This document shows positions 10,187 through 20,144 of a DNA stretch of 64,000 bases, piece after piece (position 1 is the first letter of the stretch; each line of letters opens with the position of its first letter). A program made the position numbers and the translations under genes. Origin of the DNA: an uncultured Bacilli bacterium (lineage in GTDB: Bacteria > Bacillota_I > Bacilli_A > RF39 > UBA660); NCBI GenBank assembly GCA_949425635.1, contig CASPWD010000005.1, positions 28,552 through 92,551 on the forward strand, written 5' to 3'. The notes under the pieces are model-generated. The model ran no database searches and was not told where the DNA came from. It saw only the letters and a program-made list of their open reading frames with translations.

Positions 10187-11839
10187 CTACTTAATTTTAG
10201 ATATTCTTGTTTTTATTCTTTCACTACCTAATAATTTTAAGATTATGTAAAGATCTGGTGTTTGAGTTAGTGTTGTTACACCTACTCTAATTATATTAGA
10301 TACATCAGCTACACTACCTTTATAGTTATCAGGATTTTCTTTGTATTCTTTCATATTAGAACAATATCCTAATTTCTCAGACATTTCTTTCATTTTGTTG
10401 AACCAAGTATCTTTGTCATCTTCTTCATTATAATATTCGTTGAAGTAAGTCGTTAATACTTCGTTGATGTCATCATTACTAAATTTAGGATCAAAGTTAT
10501 ATTCTACATCTGTAAATAGTTCATCAAACATATACCAAATTTGGCCTTTTATTTCTGAGAATGATGCGTAATCTTTACGTGGCTTCTTTTGTTCTCTTTC
10601 AATATTTAGAACACTTGTTGTATATTCTTTGTATTTGTTAATTAGTTCATTGAATTCTTTATCATATTCTTTTGACCAAGTATCGAGTAAATCATATACT
10701 TCAGTTGCTTTAAGTTTAGATAGATAATTTTTAGAGATATTGTCTAGTTTGTCTAAATCAAATAAAGCTCCTGATACTGACATTTTCTTTGGAGAGAATT
10801 CGAATTCTGTAAAGTGTGCATCTGGATGTTTATCACGCCATTCTTCATAGTTAGAATTTGCGATAGTCATAATTGCTTCAATAACAGCAAGTATTGGGTA
10901 TCCTTTTTCTTCATAATATGTCATTCTAGCTTCTGGGTCTAATCTTTTAGATATTTTTCTAATTTTGTCACCATCTTTTTTTAGAATTAATGGTGTATGT
11001 ACATATTTAGGCATTTTGAAGCCAAATGTTTTAAATAATTCATAGTGAACTGGTACTGAGCTTACCCATTCTTGACCACGAATTACATAAGTAGTACGCA
11101 TTAGGTGATCATCAACTAAGTGTGCAAAATGATATGTAGGAAGTAAGTTACTTGATTTCATTATAGGTATATCAATATCATTTTCTGGGAATTCCATATC
11201 ACCATTTACTAAATCAGTAAATTTAAACTTCTTGTTGAAGTCTCCTTGTGATTTTAAACGAATCGTATATTTTTCACCATTATTTATTCTTTCTGCTGCT
11301 TCGTCTGGAGTTAAATTACGATATTTAGCATATCTACCATAAATACCTATTCTTCTTTTATCTCTTGTTTGAGATTCTCTAATTGAATCCATTTCTTCTT
11401 GCGTTAAGAAACAAGGGTATGCTTTACCTTCAATAATTAAATGTTTAATGAAAGCATGGTAAATATCTTTTCTTTCTGATTGGATATATGGTCCATAGTT
11501 ACCTTTCGTTTCGTTTGTATCACGATATTCATATTCATCTGGATTCATATCGTAATGTTGTAAAACATGTCTAATATATTCTACTGCTCCTTCTATTTCA
11601 CGTGCTGAATCTGTATCTTCATTACGTAAATAGAATACTCCACCATTTTTCTTTGCCATTACATAGTCAATAACTGTAGACATGAAGTTACCAATATGCA
11701 TGAATCCTGTTGGTGATGGTGCAAAACGAGTTACTTTGGCTCCTTCTGGTAGTTCTCTTTCTGGATACATTGCCTCATAATCTGCAACGGTTTTTGTGAT
11801 ATTTGGAAATATCAAATCTGCTAAATCTTTTGTAGTCAT
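10187..11839 (-). CDS. gltX: Glutamate--tRNA ligase (long, 550-aa form)
   Basis: Class I HIGH-type motif 'PSPTGFMHIGN' and KMSKS-type 'KISKR'. Preceded by a T-box leader whose specifier region contains GAA. Confidence 0.85.
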   Translation of the reverse strand: MTTKDLADLIFPNITKTVADYEAMYPERELPEGAKVTRFAPSPTGFMHIGNFMSTVIDYVMAKKNGGVFYLRNEDTDSAREIEGAVEYIRHVLQHYDMNPDEYEYRDTNETKGNYGPYIQSERKDIYHAFIKHLIIEGKAYPCFLTQEEMDSIRESQTRDKRRIGIYGRYAKYRNLTPDEAAERINNGEKYTIRLKSQGDFNKKFKFTDLVNGDMEFPENDIDIPIMKSSNLLPTYHFAHLVDDHLMRTTYVIRGQEWVSSVPVHYELFKTFGFKMPKYVHTPLILKKDGDKIRKISKRLDPEARMTYYEEKGYPILAVIEAIMTIANSNYEEWRDKHPDAHFTEFEFSPKKMSVSGALFDLDKLDNISKNYLSKLKATEVYDLLDTWSKEYDKEFNELINKYKEYTTSVLNIEREQKKPRKDYASFSEIKGQIWYMFDELFTDVEYNFDPKFSNDDINEVLTTYFNEYYNEEDDKDTWFNKMKEMSEKLGYCSNMKEYKENPDNYKGSVADVSNIIRVGVTTLTQTPDLYIILKLLGSERIKTRISKIK

Positions 11840-11861
11840 TTTAATCAGTCCTTTCTAATAA

Positions 11862-12080
11862 TTAAAAAAGAGTAATTCCTCCAAAGGACGAATTACTCGT
11901 GTTACCACCTTATTTTGTGTATTACTACACCTCTACATCTTAACGCGATTAACGGAATATCTTGTATACAATATTCAACTCCAAAGTTTCTTCAATTAGT
12001 TTATATACTCTTTTACACCAGACAAGAGTTCTCTATGATATAAGGGCTAATTTACTCTTCTTTTTCCTCGTTTTGTGGTT
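11862..12080 (-). promoter_or_regulatory. T-box riboswitch leader (Glu specifier) with intrinsic terminator
   Basis: Minus-strand read shows a stem I with AGAGA and 'CTGGTG' distal-loop elements. The specifier region is 'AATTGAAGAAAC' (GAA). The T-box sequence is 'AAGGTGGTAACACG' (complement of 11898-11912). It overlaps the terminator GAGTAATTCGTCCTTTGGAGGAATTACTC + T6 (11865-11898). Confidence 0.8.
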
Positions 12081-12111
12081 TAATTATAGTAAATTGTATT
12101 TCTTTTGTCAA

Positions 12112-13068
12112 TTATTTTCTTTTTCCTAAAGTATGAGGTATTTCTTTATAATCTGGTTGGATTAGCATTGTTTCTTCATTAGCTAGTCTTATTTCATTTT
12201 GAACAATAGCTAGTTGTTTCATATTAATACGAGCTATTTTTTTATTAAAGAAGGTAAATTCAGCTTCTAAAAATCCAGATAAAGGGCGATATTCATAAGC
12301 AAAATGACTGGCATCCGATAAAGCTGGTATATAAACTAGTTTATGATCTCTAGTTTTTGATTTGTGACTATGTCCACGATATGTGATAGTTACATTTTTG
12401 GGAGCTTCTACTTTTTTAGAACGACTCAAATCATGGATTAATGCTATTGAGTCATCTTTCATATGAATTGTGCATTCACCATACCCTAAAGATACTAAAT
12501 CATATCTTCTTTCTTCTAGGTATCTTGCTACATCAAATCCTTCATCTATTAATGAACGATAGTCATGATTGCCATATAACATAAAGCATGTAATATCAGG
12601 ATCAAATGGATGAACACGTAAAACTTTTTTTACTTGGGATTCTGTTGTAGGATTTTTTAGTTTGTAGGGAGCATCAGGATAAACTCCATCAATTAAATCT
12701 CCCCCATTAAAAATTATGTGACAATCATGTTTTTTAGCATAATTATAAACAATTTTTAATAGATTAGGATTTTCGAACTCACTACCTATATGTAAGTCAG
12801 AAATAAAAATTGCTTTAAGTATTCTATCTTTAACGCTTATACGAATAGACTTTCTATCACCGAAATTTAAAGTTCTGTTCGTTTTTATAGTTATTTCGCC
12901 ATCTGATGAGAATGATTTACTATAATTATAGCCAGCATTCCTAATGGCTTTTAGAATTTTATTAAATTCCCTATAATCAACATTTAACATGTTTTGAATT
13001 TCGTTTACATTGTGTCCTTCGTTCATTAAAGATAAAGTTAAAGCAATTTTTTCTTTCATAATAATCAC
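12112..13068 (-). CDS. Metallophosphoesterase (calcineurin-like) with N-terminal HTH-like segment
   Basis: Motifs 'SDLHIG', 'GGDLIDG' and 'YGNHD', plus a later 'GHSH'. Confidence 0.65.
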   Translation of the reverse strand: MIIMKEKIALTLSLMNEGHNVNEIQNMLNVDYREFNKILKAIRNAGYNYSKSFSSDGEITIKTNRTLNFGDRKSIRISVKDRILKAIFISDLHIGSEFENPNLLKIVYNYAKKHDCHIIFNGGDLIDGVYPDAPYKLKNPTTESQVKKVLRVHPFDPDITCFMLYGNHDYRSLIDEGFDVARYLEERRYDLVSLGYGECTIHMKDDSIALIHDLSRSKKVEAPKNVTITYRGHSHKSKTRDHKLVYIPALSDASHFAYEYRPLSGFLEAEFTFFNKKIARINMKQLAIVQNEIRLANEETMLIQPDYKEIPHTLGKRK

Positions 13069-13581
13069 CTATTTTTTACTAGTTGTTTTTTTAGTATTTT
13101 TCTTAGTTGTTGTAGTTTGATTACTATCTTCTTTTTTCTCTTCAGGTTCTTCTTCCTTGATTGGTTCATTTGTACATGTAGCATTTATGTGATAAATTTG
13201 CTCATATGTTTCGTTGCTATCAAAAACACTTATTATAGTGTCAATACTCCTTGCACGATTTAGACTGGTAGTTAAAACTTCATTATCTTTTAAGATTTTA
13301 GACTCTACTTTTATTGTTGATTTACGATGAGTTTCTGTTAATTGATAATAAATTATCTGCGTATTTTCATCCACTATTTTACTACAATCGACATCAACAC
13401 TATATGTTCTTTCATTGTCTTTTAATCTTACTTTTTCATCTAGTACTTCGATAGTATTAAATGGATTGCTCGCTATCTTCAAATTTGTTTTATAAGATGA
13501 GTAATTCCTTATAAAAATTGAAGTTATTACAATAACTAGTATAGCTAATAATGATATTATAATTATGTTTTCTTTTTTCAT
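13069..13581 (-). CDS. Membrane-anchored hypothetical protein with K/T-rich tail
   Basis: 170 aa with an N-terminal TM segment. Abuts the downstream gene. No recognisable motif. Confidence 0.35.
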   Translation of the reverse strand: MKKENIIIISLLAILVIVITSIFIRNYSSYKTNLKIASNPFNTIEVLDEKVRLKDNERTYSVDVDCSKIVDENTQIIYYQLTETHRKSTIKVESKILKDNEVLTTSLNRARSIDTIISVFDSNETYEQIYHINATCTNEPIKEEEPEEKKEDSNQTTTTKKNTKKTTSKK

Positions 13582-13873
13582 TTTTGCACCTCTATGAATT
13601 TCTAGAGGTTATTATAACACAAAGAAGAAAAATAAAAAGTTTTTTTGAAAGATAGTAATAAAAAAACATGCGTTTTAAAAAAAGACACATGTCTTGGAGT
13701 TTATTTATAAATAAATTGTGTAAATTCTGATAACATCATATTACCAACTCCTATTATAAATATACTATTTTTTTTGGTACTTATAAAGTTTTTTATTTCA
13801 TTTTAATATAATAATTTTTTATATCCTTTTTTTGCAAAGAAAAAAGTCCTTTAATAGGACTAATTTTAATATT

Positions 13874-13950
13874 TGGTGATCCGTATGGGATTCGGACCCA
13901 TGTATGTAACCTTGAGAGGGTTATGTGTTAAACCACTTCACCAACGGACC
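13874..13950 (-). tRNA. tRNA-Glu (anticodon CUC)
   Basis: Hand-folded cloverleaf: GGTCCGT acceptor / ACGGATC-A-CCA, anticodon stem TAACC/GGTTA with loop CTCTCAA (CUC). The 5' half resembles Bacillus tRNA-Glu (GGnCCGTTGGT...). The T-loop reads TCCGAAT, so position 55 is C instead of the near-invariant U. A terminator hairpin lies at 13841-13868. Confidence 0.75.
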
Positions 13951-14009
13951 AGAAAATGTCTTTCGACATTGTTAATTTTATCATAGTTATTTTTTATATT
14001 CAATATTTT

Positions 14010-15044
14010 TTATTCAGAATATATTTTATTAATTGTTCCGCCACCTAAACATATATCATTATCGTATAAGACTAGCGATTGACCAGGAGTTGCTGATTTA
14101 ACTGGTTCATCAAAAGTAACTTTGATATCGTTATTATCTAATACTTCTATAGAACAAGGTGTTGGTTGATATTTATATCTTATTTTACCTAGAGCTTTTA
14201 TAGGTAATTTATCTACAAGTAAATTAACATCTGTTATTTCAATTGTATTGCTATATAAATCACTTTCAGTACCTAAGATTACCTCATTTGTATCTTTATT
14301 TATTGAGATAACGTATAAAGGATGCTTATAACTTATACCAAGTCCTTTTCTTTGACCTATTGTATAATAAATTATACCTTTATGTTTACCTAATACTTCA
14401 CCTGTTTTTAAGACAAAATTGCCACTATCAGGAAGTTTGTCCATGTTTTCTTCTAAGAATTTTGTATATACTCCATTTTCAATAAAACAGATATCTTGAC
14501 TATCTTTTTTCTTGGCTGTTTCTAGTTTTAAATTTGAAGCAATTTCTCTAATGGTCTCTTTATTAGGATATTCACTTAGAGGAAATAAGATGTTGTTAAG
14601 AATACTTTTATCTATTTTATATAGGAAGTAGCTTTGGTCTTTTGGTGAATCTATTTTGCATAGTTTACCATTTTTTATTGCTGCATAATGACCAGTAGCA
14701 ATATATTCACAGTTAAGTTCTTGCGCTTTTTTCCAAAGAAGACCAAATTTTAAATGTTTATTACATTCAATACAAGGATTAGGAGTTTGAGCATTTTTAT
14801 ATGAGTTAATAAAGTTATCTATAACATGATTTTTAAATTCAGCTTGATAGTTAACGATATGATGTTCAATACCTAGGGTATCACAAACTTTTTTAGCGTC
14901 TATGCATGATGTATCATTTTCTTTAGTGAATAAAGTCATTGTTACACCTACTACTTCATAACCTTGTTCTTTTAAAAGATAAGCTGCTGTTGATGAATCT
15001 ACACCACCAGACATTCCTAATAAGACTCTTTTCATATACTTCAC
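14010..15044 (-). CDS. mnmA: tRNA 2-thiouridine(34) synthase
   Basis: PP-loop 'GMSGGVDSS'. Conserved Cys residues (CIECN...) and 'DQSYFL' match the MnmA layout. A promoter of TTTACA-17-TATAAT lies upstream. Confidence 0.9.
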   Translation of the reverse strand: MKYMKRVLLGMSGGVDSSTAAYLLKEQGYEVVGVTMTLFTKENDTSCIDAKKVCDTLGIEHHIVNYQAEFKNHVIDNFINSYKNAQTPNPCIECNKHLKFGLLWKKAQELNCEYIATGHYAAIKNGKLCKIDSPKDQSYFLYKIDKSILNNILFPLSEYPNKETIREIASNLKLETAKKKDSQDICFIENGVYTKFLEENMDKLPDSGNFVLKTGEVLGKHKGIIYYTIGQRKGLGISYKHPLYVISINKDTNEVILGTESDLYSNTIEITDVNLLVDKLPIKALGKIRYKYQPTPCSIEVLDNNDIKVTFDEPVKSATPGQSLVLYDNDICLGGGTINKIYSE

Positions 15045-15114
15045 TCCTCTTTTTAAATCATTATATACTTCAAATAACGTTATGTAAAGGCAAGAAAAAA
15101 AGAAACTCCCGTTT

Positions 15115-15771
15115 CTAATTATCTCTAGCTTTTCCTAATAATCTTAGTAAATCTAAGAAAATATTAATTATATCAAGGAATAATTGGAAAGCTATGTAAA
15201 TTCCTTTGTTTTCACAATCACTTAGGAAGTTTTCATCTAAAGCACGTTGAACATCATAAGCAATATATGCACAGAATATTAAGATTGAAGCAACACATAA
15301 TATCATGTTTAAAGTATTATTTGCGATGAAGATGTTTACTATTTCTAAAACAATGACTGCTAGTAATCCAACAAATAAGTATACCCACCATTTTGATAAA
15401 TCGATTTTTGTAAATTTACCTATTAGAGCAAATAAACCAAATGTTATAGCTGTTGCTAAGAAAACAAAAGCTATAGAACTCGCAGTATAATATAAGAAGA
15501 TTCCTGTTAAGCTTATTCCTGTTAAAACACAATATAGTAAGTAAAGAATCTTAGCAGTTAATGATGACATCTTCCTTATTCTTAATGTCAAGATAAGAGC
15601 AACTACAATTTCTACAATTAACCATAAATAGAAGCCGTTCATTCCAAATGGAGCATATATTAAATACATCATTTGTGGCGAATATGTTGCTGTAATAGAT
15701 ACACCAAAACATATTAAAAGTCCAATGAACAACCATAAGAAGGACTCTGTTAAAACTTTATTTTTATTCAT
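15115..15771 (-). CDS. BAX inhibitor-1/YccA family membrane protein
   Basis: 218 aa with 7 TM segments and the family-typical C-terminus 'FQLFLDIINIFLDLLRLLG'. Confidence 0.75.
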   Translation of the reverse strand: MNKNKVLTESFLWLFIGLLICFGVSITATYSPQMMYLIYAPFGMNGFYLWLIVEIVVALILTLRIRKMSSLTAKILYLLYCVLTGISLTGIFLYYTASSIAFVFLATAITFGLFALIGKFTKIDLSKWWVYLFVGLLAVIVLEIVNIFIANNTLNMILCVASILIFCAYIAYDVQRALDENFLSDCENKGIYIAFQLFLDIINIFLDLLRLLGKARDN

Positions 15772-15786
15772 GTTCTCTCTCCTTTT

Positions 15787-16332
15787 TTAATTTTCGTTTA
15801 TTATTAAACCATATTTTCTTGCTAGTGTTTCTATTGTTGTGGTATTCATACTACCATAATATCCAAATACTTGTTTTTTATTCTTAATTATTATAGTTGA
15901 TGGAGTTGTTTGGATAAAATCTCCAAATTTCCCCTTTTCTCCTTGTAATTCATAGTCTATATCGAGTTTATCTATAAACTTATTTAAGTCGTCTATTTGA
16001 GATTCATCTATTGACGAAAGTTCTAGATAATAAACAGGAAAGCCAAATTTAGCTTCTGCTATTTGTAAATAAGGAACATACCCAATTGTAGCACTACAAG
16101 TTTCTAAACCTGCAACTAAGTATACTGGATCATCTTGTTCAAATAATTTTAAAGCTTCTTGTAATGTTACTACTTCAAAGTATTTTGTATCAACCTTAGC
16201 TACTTGAACTTCTTCATTATCTTCATGAGTTACAAATAAAGTTACAAGAATTACTGATAAACAAACTAACAAAACTGTATAGATGGCGAAATTATTTTTA
16301 AAGTGTTTTTTTATTTTTTCCATTTTATTCAC
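15787..16332 (-). CDS. Membrane-anchored hypothetical protein (possible thioredoxin-like fold, no CxxC)
   Basis: N-terminal TM segment. 'LVAGLETCSATIGYVPYL' sits where a thioredoxin fold would carry CxxC. Weak call. Confidence 0.3.
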   Translation of the reverse strand: MNKMEKIKKHFKNNFAIYTVLLVCLSVILVTLFVTHEDNEEVQVAKVDTKYFEVVTLQEALKLFEQDDPVYLVAGLETCSATIGYVPYLQIAEAKFGFPVYYLELSSIDESQIDDLNKFIDKLDIDYELQGEKGKFGDFIQTTPSTIIIKNKKQVFGYYGSMNTTTIETLARKYGLIINEN

Positions 16333-17089
16333 CTTTTATAAGTTTTTCTACTGCCTTAACTGCAACTTTTATTTCGTTATCGACATCTAAATTTGTTTCT
16401 TGTGGTAATCCAGCTGCTTCTCTTTCTTGATTCCATACAGCAGATAAAACTGCTCCAGCTTTTAGTCTTAGAGTTGAAGCTACAATATACAATGAAGCTG
16501 TTTCCATTTCACTTGCCAAAGCTCCAGCTTTAATCCAAGCGTTCCACTTATTTTCTAATTCATAAGATACTGGCATTTTTTCTGGGCTATGTTGGCCATA
16601 AAATGAATCTTTACATTGGACTACTCCAACATGACTAGTTAGTCCTAGTTCGTTAGTAGCTTCTACTAATGCATTAGTTATTTTTAAATCTGCTACTGCT
16701 GGATATTCTATCGGAACATATTCTTTACTTGTTCCTTCTTGCCTAATTGCCGCTTGTGCAATAACAATATCTCCTGCACAAACTTCCATTTGCATACCAC
16801 CACATGTTCCAACTCTTATTAAATTTTCGATACCTATAAGAGCTAATTCTTCTATACAAATTGCTGTAGATGGTCCACCCATTCCTGTTGATATTACAAG
16901 GATATTCTCACCTGATAATTCTCCTAGGTAACTTGTATATTCTCTGTTTTGTCCTATTTTAATTGGATTATTTAAATAAGTAGCAATCTTTTCTACACGT
17001 CCTGGATCACCAGGTAAAATAGCATATTTAGCTCCTTTTAAATCATCTTTTGTTAAACCAATATGGTACATTTTTTCTTTGTTTTCCAT
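16325..17089 (-). CDS. udp: Uridine phosphorylase (PNP/UDP family 1)
   Basis: Motifs 'LPGDPGRVEKIA', 'STGMGGPS' and 'SEMETASL'. Forms an operon with cdd. Confidence 0.8.
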   Translation of the reverse strand: MENKEKMYHIGLTKDDLKGAKYAILPGDPGRVEKIATYLNNPIKIGQNREYTSYLGELSGENILVISTGMGGPSTAICIEELALIGIENLIRVGTCGGMQMEVCAGDIVIAQAAIRQEGTSKEYVPIEYPAVADLKITNALVEATNELGLTSHVGVVQCKDSFYGQHSPEKMPVSYELENKWNAWIKAGALASEMETASLYIVASTLRLKAGAVLSAVWNQEREAAGLPQETNLDVDNEIKVAVKAVEKLIKGE

Positions 17090-17099
17090 TTTAACCCTC

Positions 17100-17519
17100 C
17101 TATAATCTGAAACTATTAGGTAATAGTTCTTCTAATGTATAAGTATATAATTTTTGTTCTTTATCATCATATGTATATACTTTAAAGTCGGAGCTGGTAT
17201 ATTCACTTAAGAATTGACGACAATAACCACATGGTAATGTTTTAGAAAAATTTACATCATTAAGATTTTTTCCTACTACTGCAATACATACAAATTCTTT
17301 TTCACCTTCGGTTAAAGCTTTTGCAAAAGCTGTTCGTTCTGCACAAATAGATTGAATACCATCATTTTCGATATTAAATCCATTATAAATTTTTCCACTC
17401 TTACCAAGAAGTGATGCTCCTACTGTGAAGTTAGAATGTTTGCAACAAAAATTACTATTAGCGATTTTTTTAGCTTCACTAATTAATTCTAGTACTTTGT
17501 TATTTTCCACTTTTATCAC
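17100..17519 (-). CDS. cdd: Cytidine deaminase
   Basis: Zinc-binding motifs 'CAERTA' and 'PCGYCRQ'. 139 aa. Confidence 0.9.
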   Translation of the reverse strand: MIKVENNKVLELISEAKKIANSNFCCKHSNFTVGASLLGKSGKIYNGFNIENDGIQSICAERTAFAKALTEGEKEFVCIAVVGKNLNDVNFSKTLPCGYCRQFLSEYTSSDFKVYTYDDKEQKLYTYTLEELLPNSFRL

Positions 17520-17596
17520 ATCCTAATAGTATTTTATCATATTTTTATATTAAAGAAAAAGAAAAGATAGGTTTCTTTTCTTTTGCGTTTTAGCTT

Positions 17597-18589
17597 TTAT
17601 ATTTTTTGTTCAGTTATTGGCTTTTTTTCTAATACTTTAGTTGGCTTTTTGTATCGATATGTGATAGTAGATTCTGTTGCTTCTGTTGGTTTAAAACCTA
17701 AGCGCTCTAAATCTGCTCTACAGCATTCATTGTCTTTTCTTGCTACAACAAACAGTTCATTCATAGTTGTTGTTTCAATGAATTTAGACAACGCTTCTAA
17801 AGTATAACCATTTCCTAAAAAGTTCTCATATATTTTAAATTCAATGTAGTTATTAAATTTAACTGAAATATATCCTATTTCTGTATTATCTTCTCTTAAA
17901 TATATGGCATATCCGACGGATGCAAAGTCTGGAGTACTTTCTTTTTGAAGATACAAACGATCTGTTTTTATGCACTCAATATAACAATCTTCGTCGAAGC
18001 TTTCTAGTTTTTCCATTGTTGAATCTTTTAAATCAAAATTTATTTTATAAGGACTATTTAGAACAGATGAGTAGTCGTCATGTTTAGTTAATTCAACTAA
18101 TGCTACACAATAAGTTCTTAATTTTCTAAAATGTTCATTATCAAAATGAAAACGGATATCTTGTTGAACATCTATGTAGGCAATTAAGTCTGTGTTATAT
18201 TGTCTACTTCTGGCATGACAATCGCATGCCATTTCTAATAAGTCTAGTTCAGACATATCATTTGAACTATCATAGTATTCTGGGTGATGAGGGTTACGCT
18301 TACGATGTAGCCTTATGGCTTGCTCCTGTTTTTCACTTAGAACATGTTCAATATCATGCATTGAATCTATTTCATCAACAATGCTTGCTAAAGACATAAA
18401 TTCTTCAGTGTTTTGAATTTTAGAAATATCATGAATAGAACATCTACCTAATAAACGGATAGCATCTACACTCCTATTTCTGTGTATCAAGTAACGAGCT
18501 AGATACATTCCACTACGCATTACACATGCACGATGAATTAATGTATCGTTCATTTCCTTTGATAACTTTTCTGTATCAATTTTTTTCAT
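17597..18589 (-). CDS. Fusion of a His-rich helical domain (DUF5662-like) with a C-terminal GNAT acetyltransferase
   Basis: N-terminal half carries 'HDISK', 'RNPHHPEYY' and 'CDCHARS'. C-terminal half carries 'IYENFLGNGYTLEAL...LERLGFK', a GNAT motif A-like segment. Confidence 0.4.
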   Translation of the reverse strand: MKKIDTEKLSKEMNDTLIHRACVMRSGMYLARYLIHRNRSVDAIRLLGRCSIHDISKIQNTEEFMSLASIVDEIDSMHDIEHVLSEKQEQAIRLHRKRNPHHPEYYDSSNDMSELDLLEMACDCHARSRQYNTDLIAYIDVQQDIRFHFDNEHFRKLRTYCVALVELTKHDDYSSVLNSPYKINFDLKDSTMEKLESFDEDCYIECIKTDRLYLQKESTPDFASVGYAIYLREDNTEIGYISVKFNNYIEFKIYENFLGNGYTLEALSKFIETTTMNELFVVARKDNECCRADLERLGFKPTEATESTITYRYKKPTKVLEKKPITEQKI

Positions 18590-18738
18590 TATACGGCCTC
18601 CATACGCCTATACACAAACATAAATATTTGTGTTACGGGTATTATACAAGAACAGAAAAAAAGAAGTCAACTTGACTTTTTTTAAAATGTTGTTCTCTTT
18701 AGTATATAAAAGGAAAAAAGGACTTTTATAAAGCCCTT

Positions 18739-19011
18739 TTAAGTTAATATTTTTTTAAATTCACGCTCTGTTAATACTTTTCCTTGGCTTATTAAGTTAT
18801 TATTAACAACAATACCTGGAAAGTTTTTAACATTATATTTATTTTTAGACGATTCATCATCTAAAAGAATTAAGTTAATATCTATATCACTATTTTCTAT
18901 AGTTCTTTCAATTATCTTTTTCATTTTTAAGCCATTTTTTGAATTGGCTCCTATTAATTTAATATCAACTATAATTATCTCTCCTTTCATAATTAGATTA
19001 TAAATTATCAA
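18739..19011 (-). CDS. Small thioredoxin-fold-like protein lacking redox cysteines
   Basis: About 80-90 aa. 'KLIGANSKNG...NFPGIVVNNNLISQGKVLT' resembles Thioredoxin_3-type small proteins. Weak call. Confidence 0.3.
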   Translation of the reverse strand: MIIYNLIMKGEIIIVDIKLIGANSKNGLKMKKIIERTIENSDIDINLILLDDESSKNKYNVKNFPGIVVNNNLISQGKVLTEREFKKILT

Positions 19012-19062
19012 TGTGATGTTTTTTTGTCTAATTTATGAAAGAATAATGTTTTTTTGTGAATT

Positions 19063-19995
19063 TTATCTAATGAATATATAAGCAAAGTATGCAACATAAA
19101 ATAATAACATACCTATACCTTCTTTTTTAGATATTTTTAAGTCATTAAATCCGAAGATTAATAAGATTATACTAGCAATTATAAGTATTGATAAGTCAAT
19201 AATACTTTCAATGTTAATTAGCATTGGATTAACAAGACTACTAGCTCCTAAGATAAATAAGATATTAAAAATGTTACTTCCTATAACGTTACCAACAGCA
19301 ATATCATCTTCTCCTTTTAGTAAAGCAACTAATGATGTACATAATTCTGGTAATGATGTTCCTATAGCTATAATTGATAGTCCAATAAATCTTTCACTTA
19401 ATCCGAAACTACGAGCTATTTCTGTAGCACTATTAACTGTTAAGTTTCCACCAAATACTACACAAGCTAAACCTATTATAATTAAAATAACATCTTTTAT
19501 TTTAAATGGTTTTTGTTCTACTTGTTTCTTAGATGAGTCGACACCTTTTATTAAAGATATTAAGTAGTAAATTAATAGAGCTACTAGAACTAAACCACCT
19601 ATTCTACTTAACATAAGACTTCCTTTTAGAAAATAGTTAACAACAATTAGAACTAGTAAAAGTATAGAGCTAATTAATGATAAACTATAGTCTTTTTTTA
19701 TAACTTCCTTTTCTGTAACAACATCTTTAAATAATGCAGTAATTCCTAGAACAACAAACAGATTAAAGATATTTGATCCAATTATGTTTGATATAGAAAT
19801 ATCTGCTGATTTATTAAGTGATGCAGTGATACTAACAGCTGCTTCTGGTGCTGATGTACCAAATGCTACTAAAGTTAGACCTATGATAATTGTTGGTATT
19901 CGTAAAAATTTAGCAATGTTGGAACTTCCTTCAACAAAAAAGTCTGCTCCTTTAATAAGTAAGATAAAACCTACTAATAGTAATATGTAATTCAT
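19063..19995 (-). CDS. Ca2+/Na+ (CaCA, YrbG-type) antiporter
   Basis: Two alpha-repeat signatures, 'AFGTSAPEAAVS' and 'AIGTSLPELCTS', with about 10 TM segments. I place the start at MNYILLL (ATG at complement 19993-19995) behind a GGAGGG RBS. The ORF-track start at 20028 lies inside the leader terminator. Confidence 0.8.
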   Translation of the reverse strand: MNYILLLVGFILLIKGADFFVEGSSNIAKFLRIPTIIIGLTLVAFGTSAPEAAVSITASLNKSADISISNIIGSNIFNLFVVLGITALFKDVVTEKEVIKKDYSLSLISSILLLVLIVVNYFLKGSLMLSRIGGLVLVALLIYYLISLIKGVDSSKKQVEQKPFKIKDVILIIIGLACVVFGGNLTVNSATEIARSFGLSERFIGLSIIAIGTSLPELCTSLVALLKGEDDIAVGNVIGSNIFNILFILGASSLVNPMLINIESIIDLSILIIASIILLIFGFNDLKISKKEGIGMLLFYVAYFAYIFIR

Positions 19996-20006
19996 TTTCT
20001 TCCCTC

Positions 20007-20130
20007 CAAAAAAAAGACTCTTATACATTACAAAAATAATATATAAAAGTCTTGTTGTTTAAACTATATGCGGATTTTTAAATCGTATTGACGCACATAA
20101 TCCCAAAATGGGTAACTACTCCCTTTTCAT
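20007..20130 (-). promoter_or_regulatory. Candidate yybP-ykoY-like (Mn2+) riboswitch / transcription attenuator
   Basis: Minus-strand read is 'GAAAAGGGAGTAGTTACCC...GCGTCAATACG...CAACAAGACTTTTAT'. The 'GGGAGTAG' and 'CAAGAC' blocks, closed by AAAAG/CTTTT, resemble the conserved L1 and L3 elements of yybP-ykoY. The 3' strand overlaps the terminator AAGACTTTTATA...TATAAGAGTCTT + T8, which sits directly before the RBS. Confidence 0.45.
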
Positions 20131-20144
20131 ATTTATAGATTATA

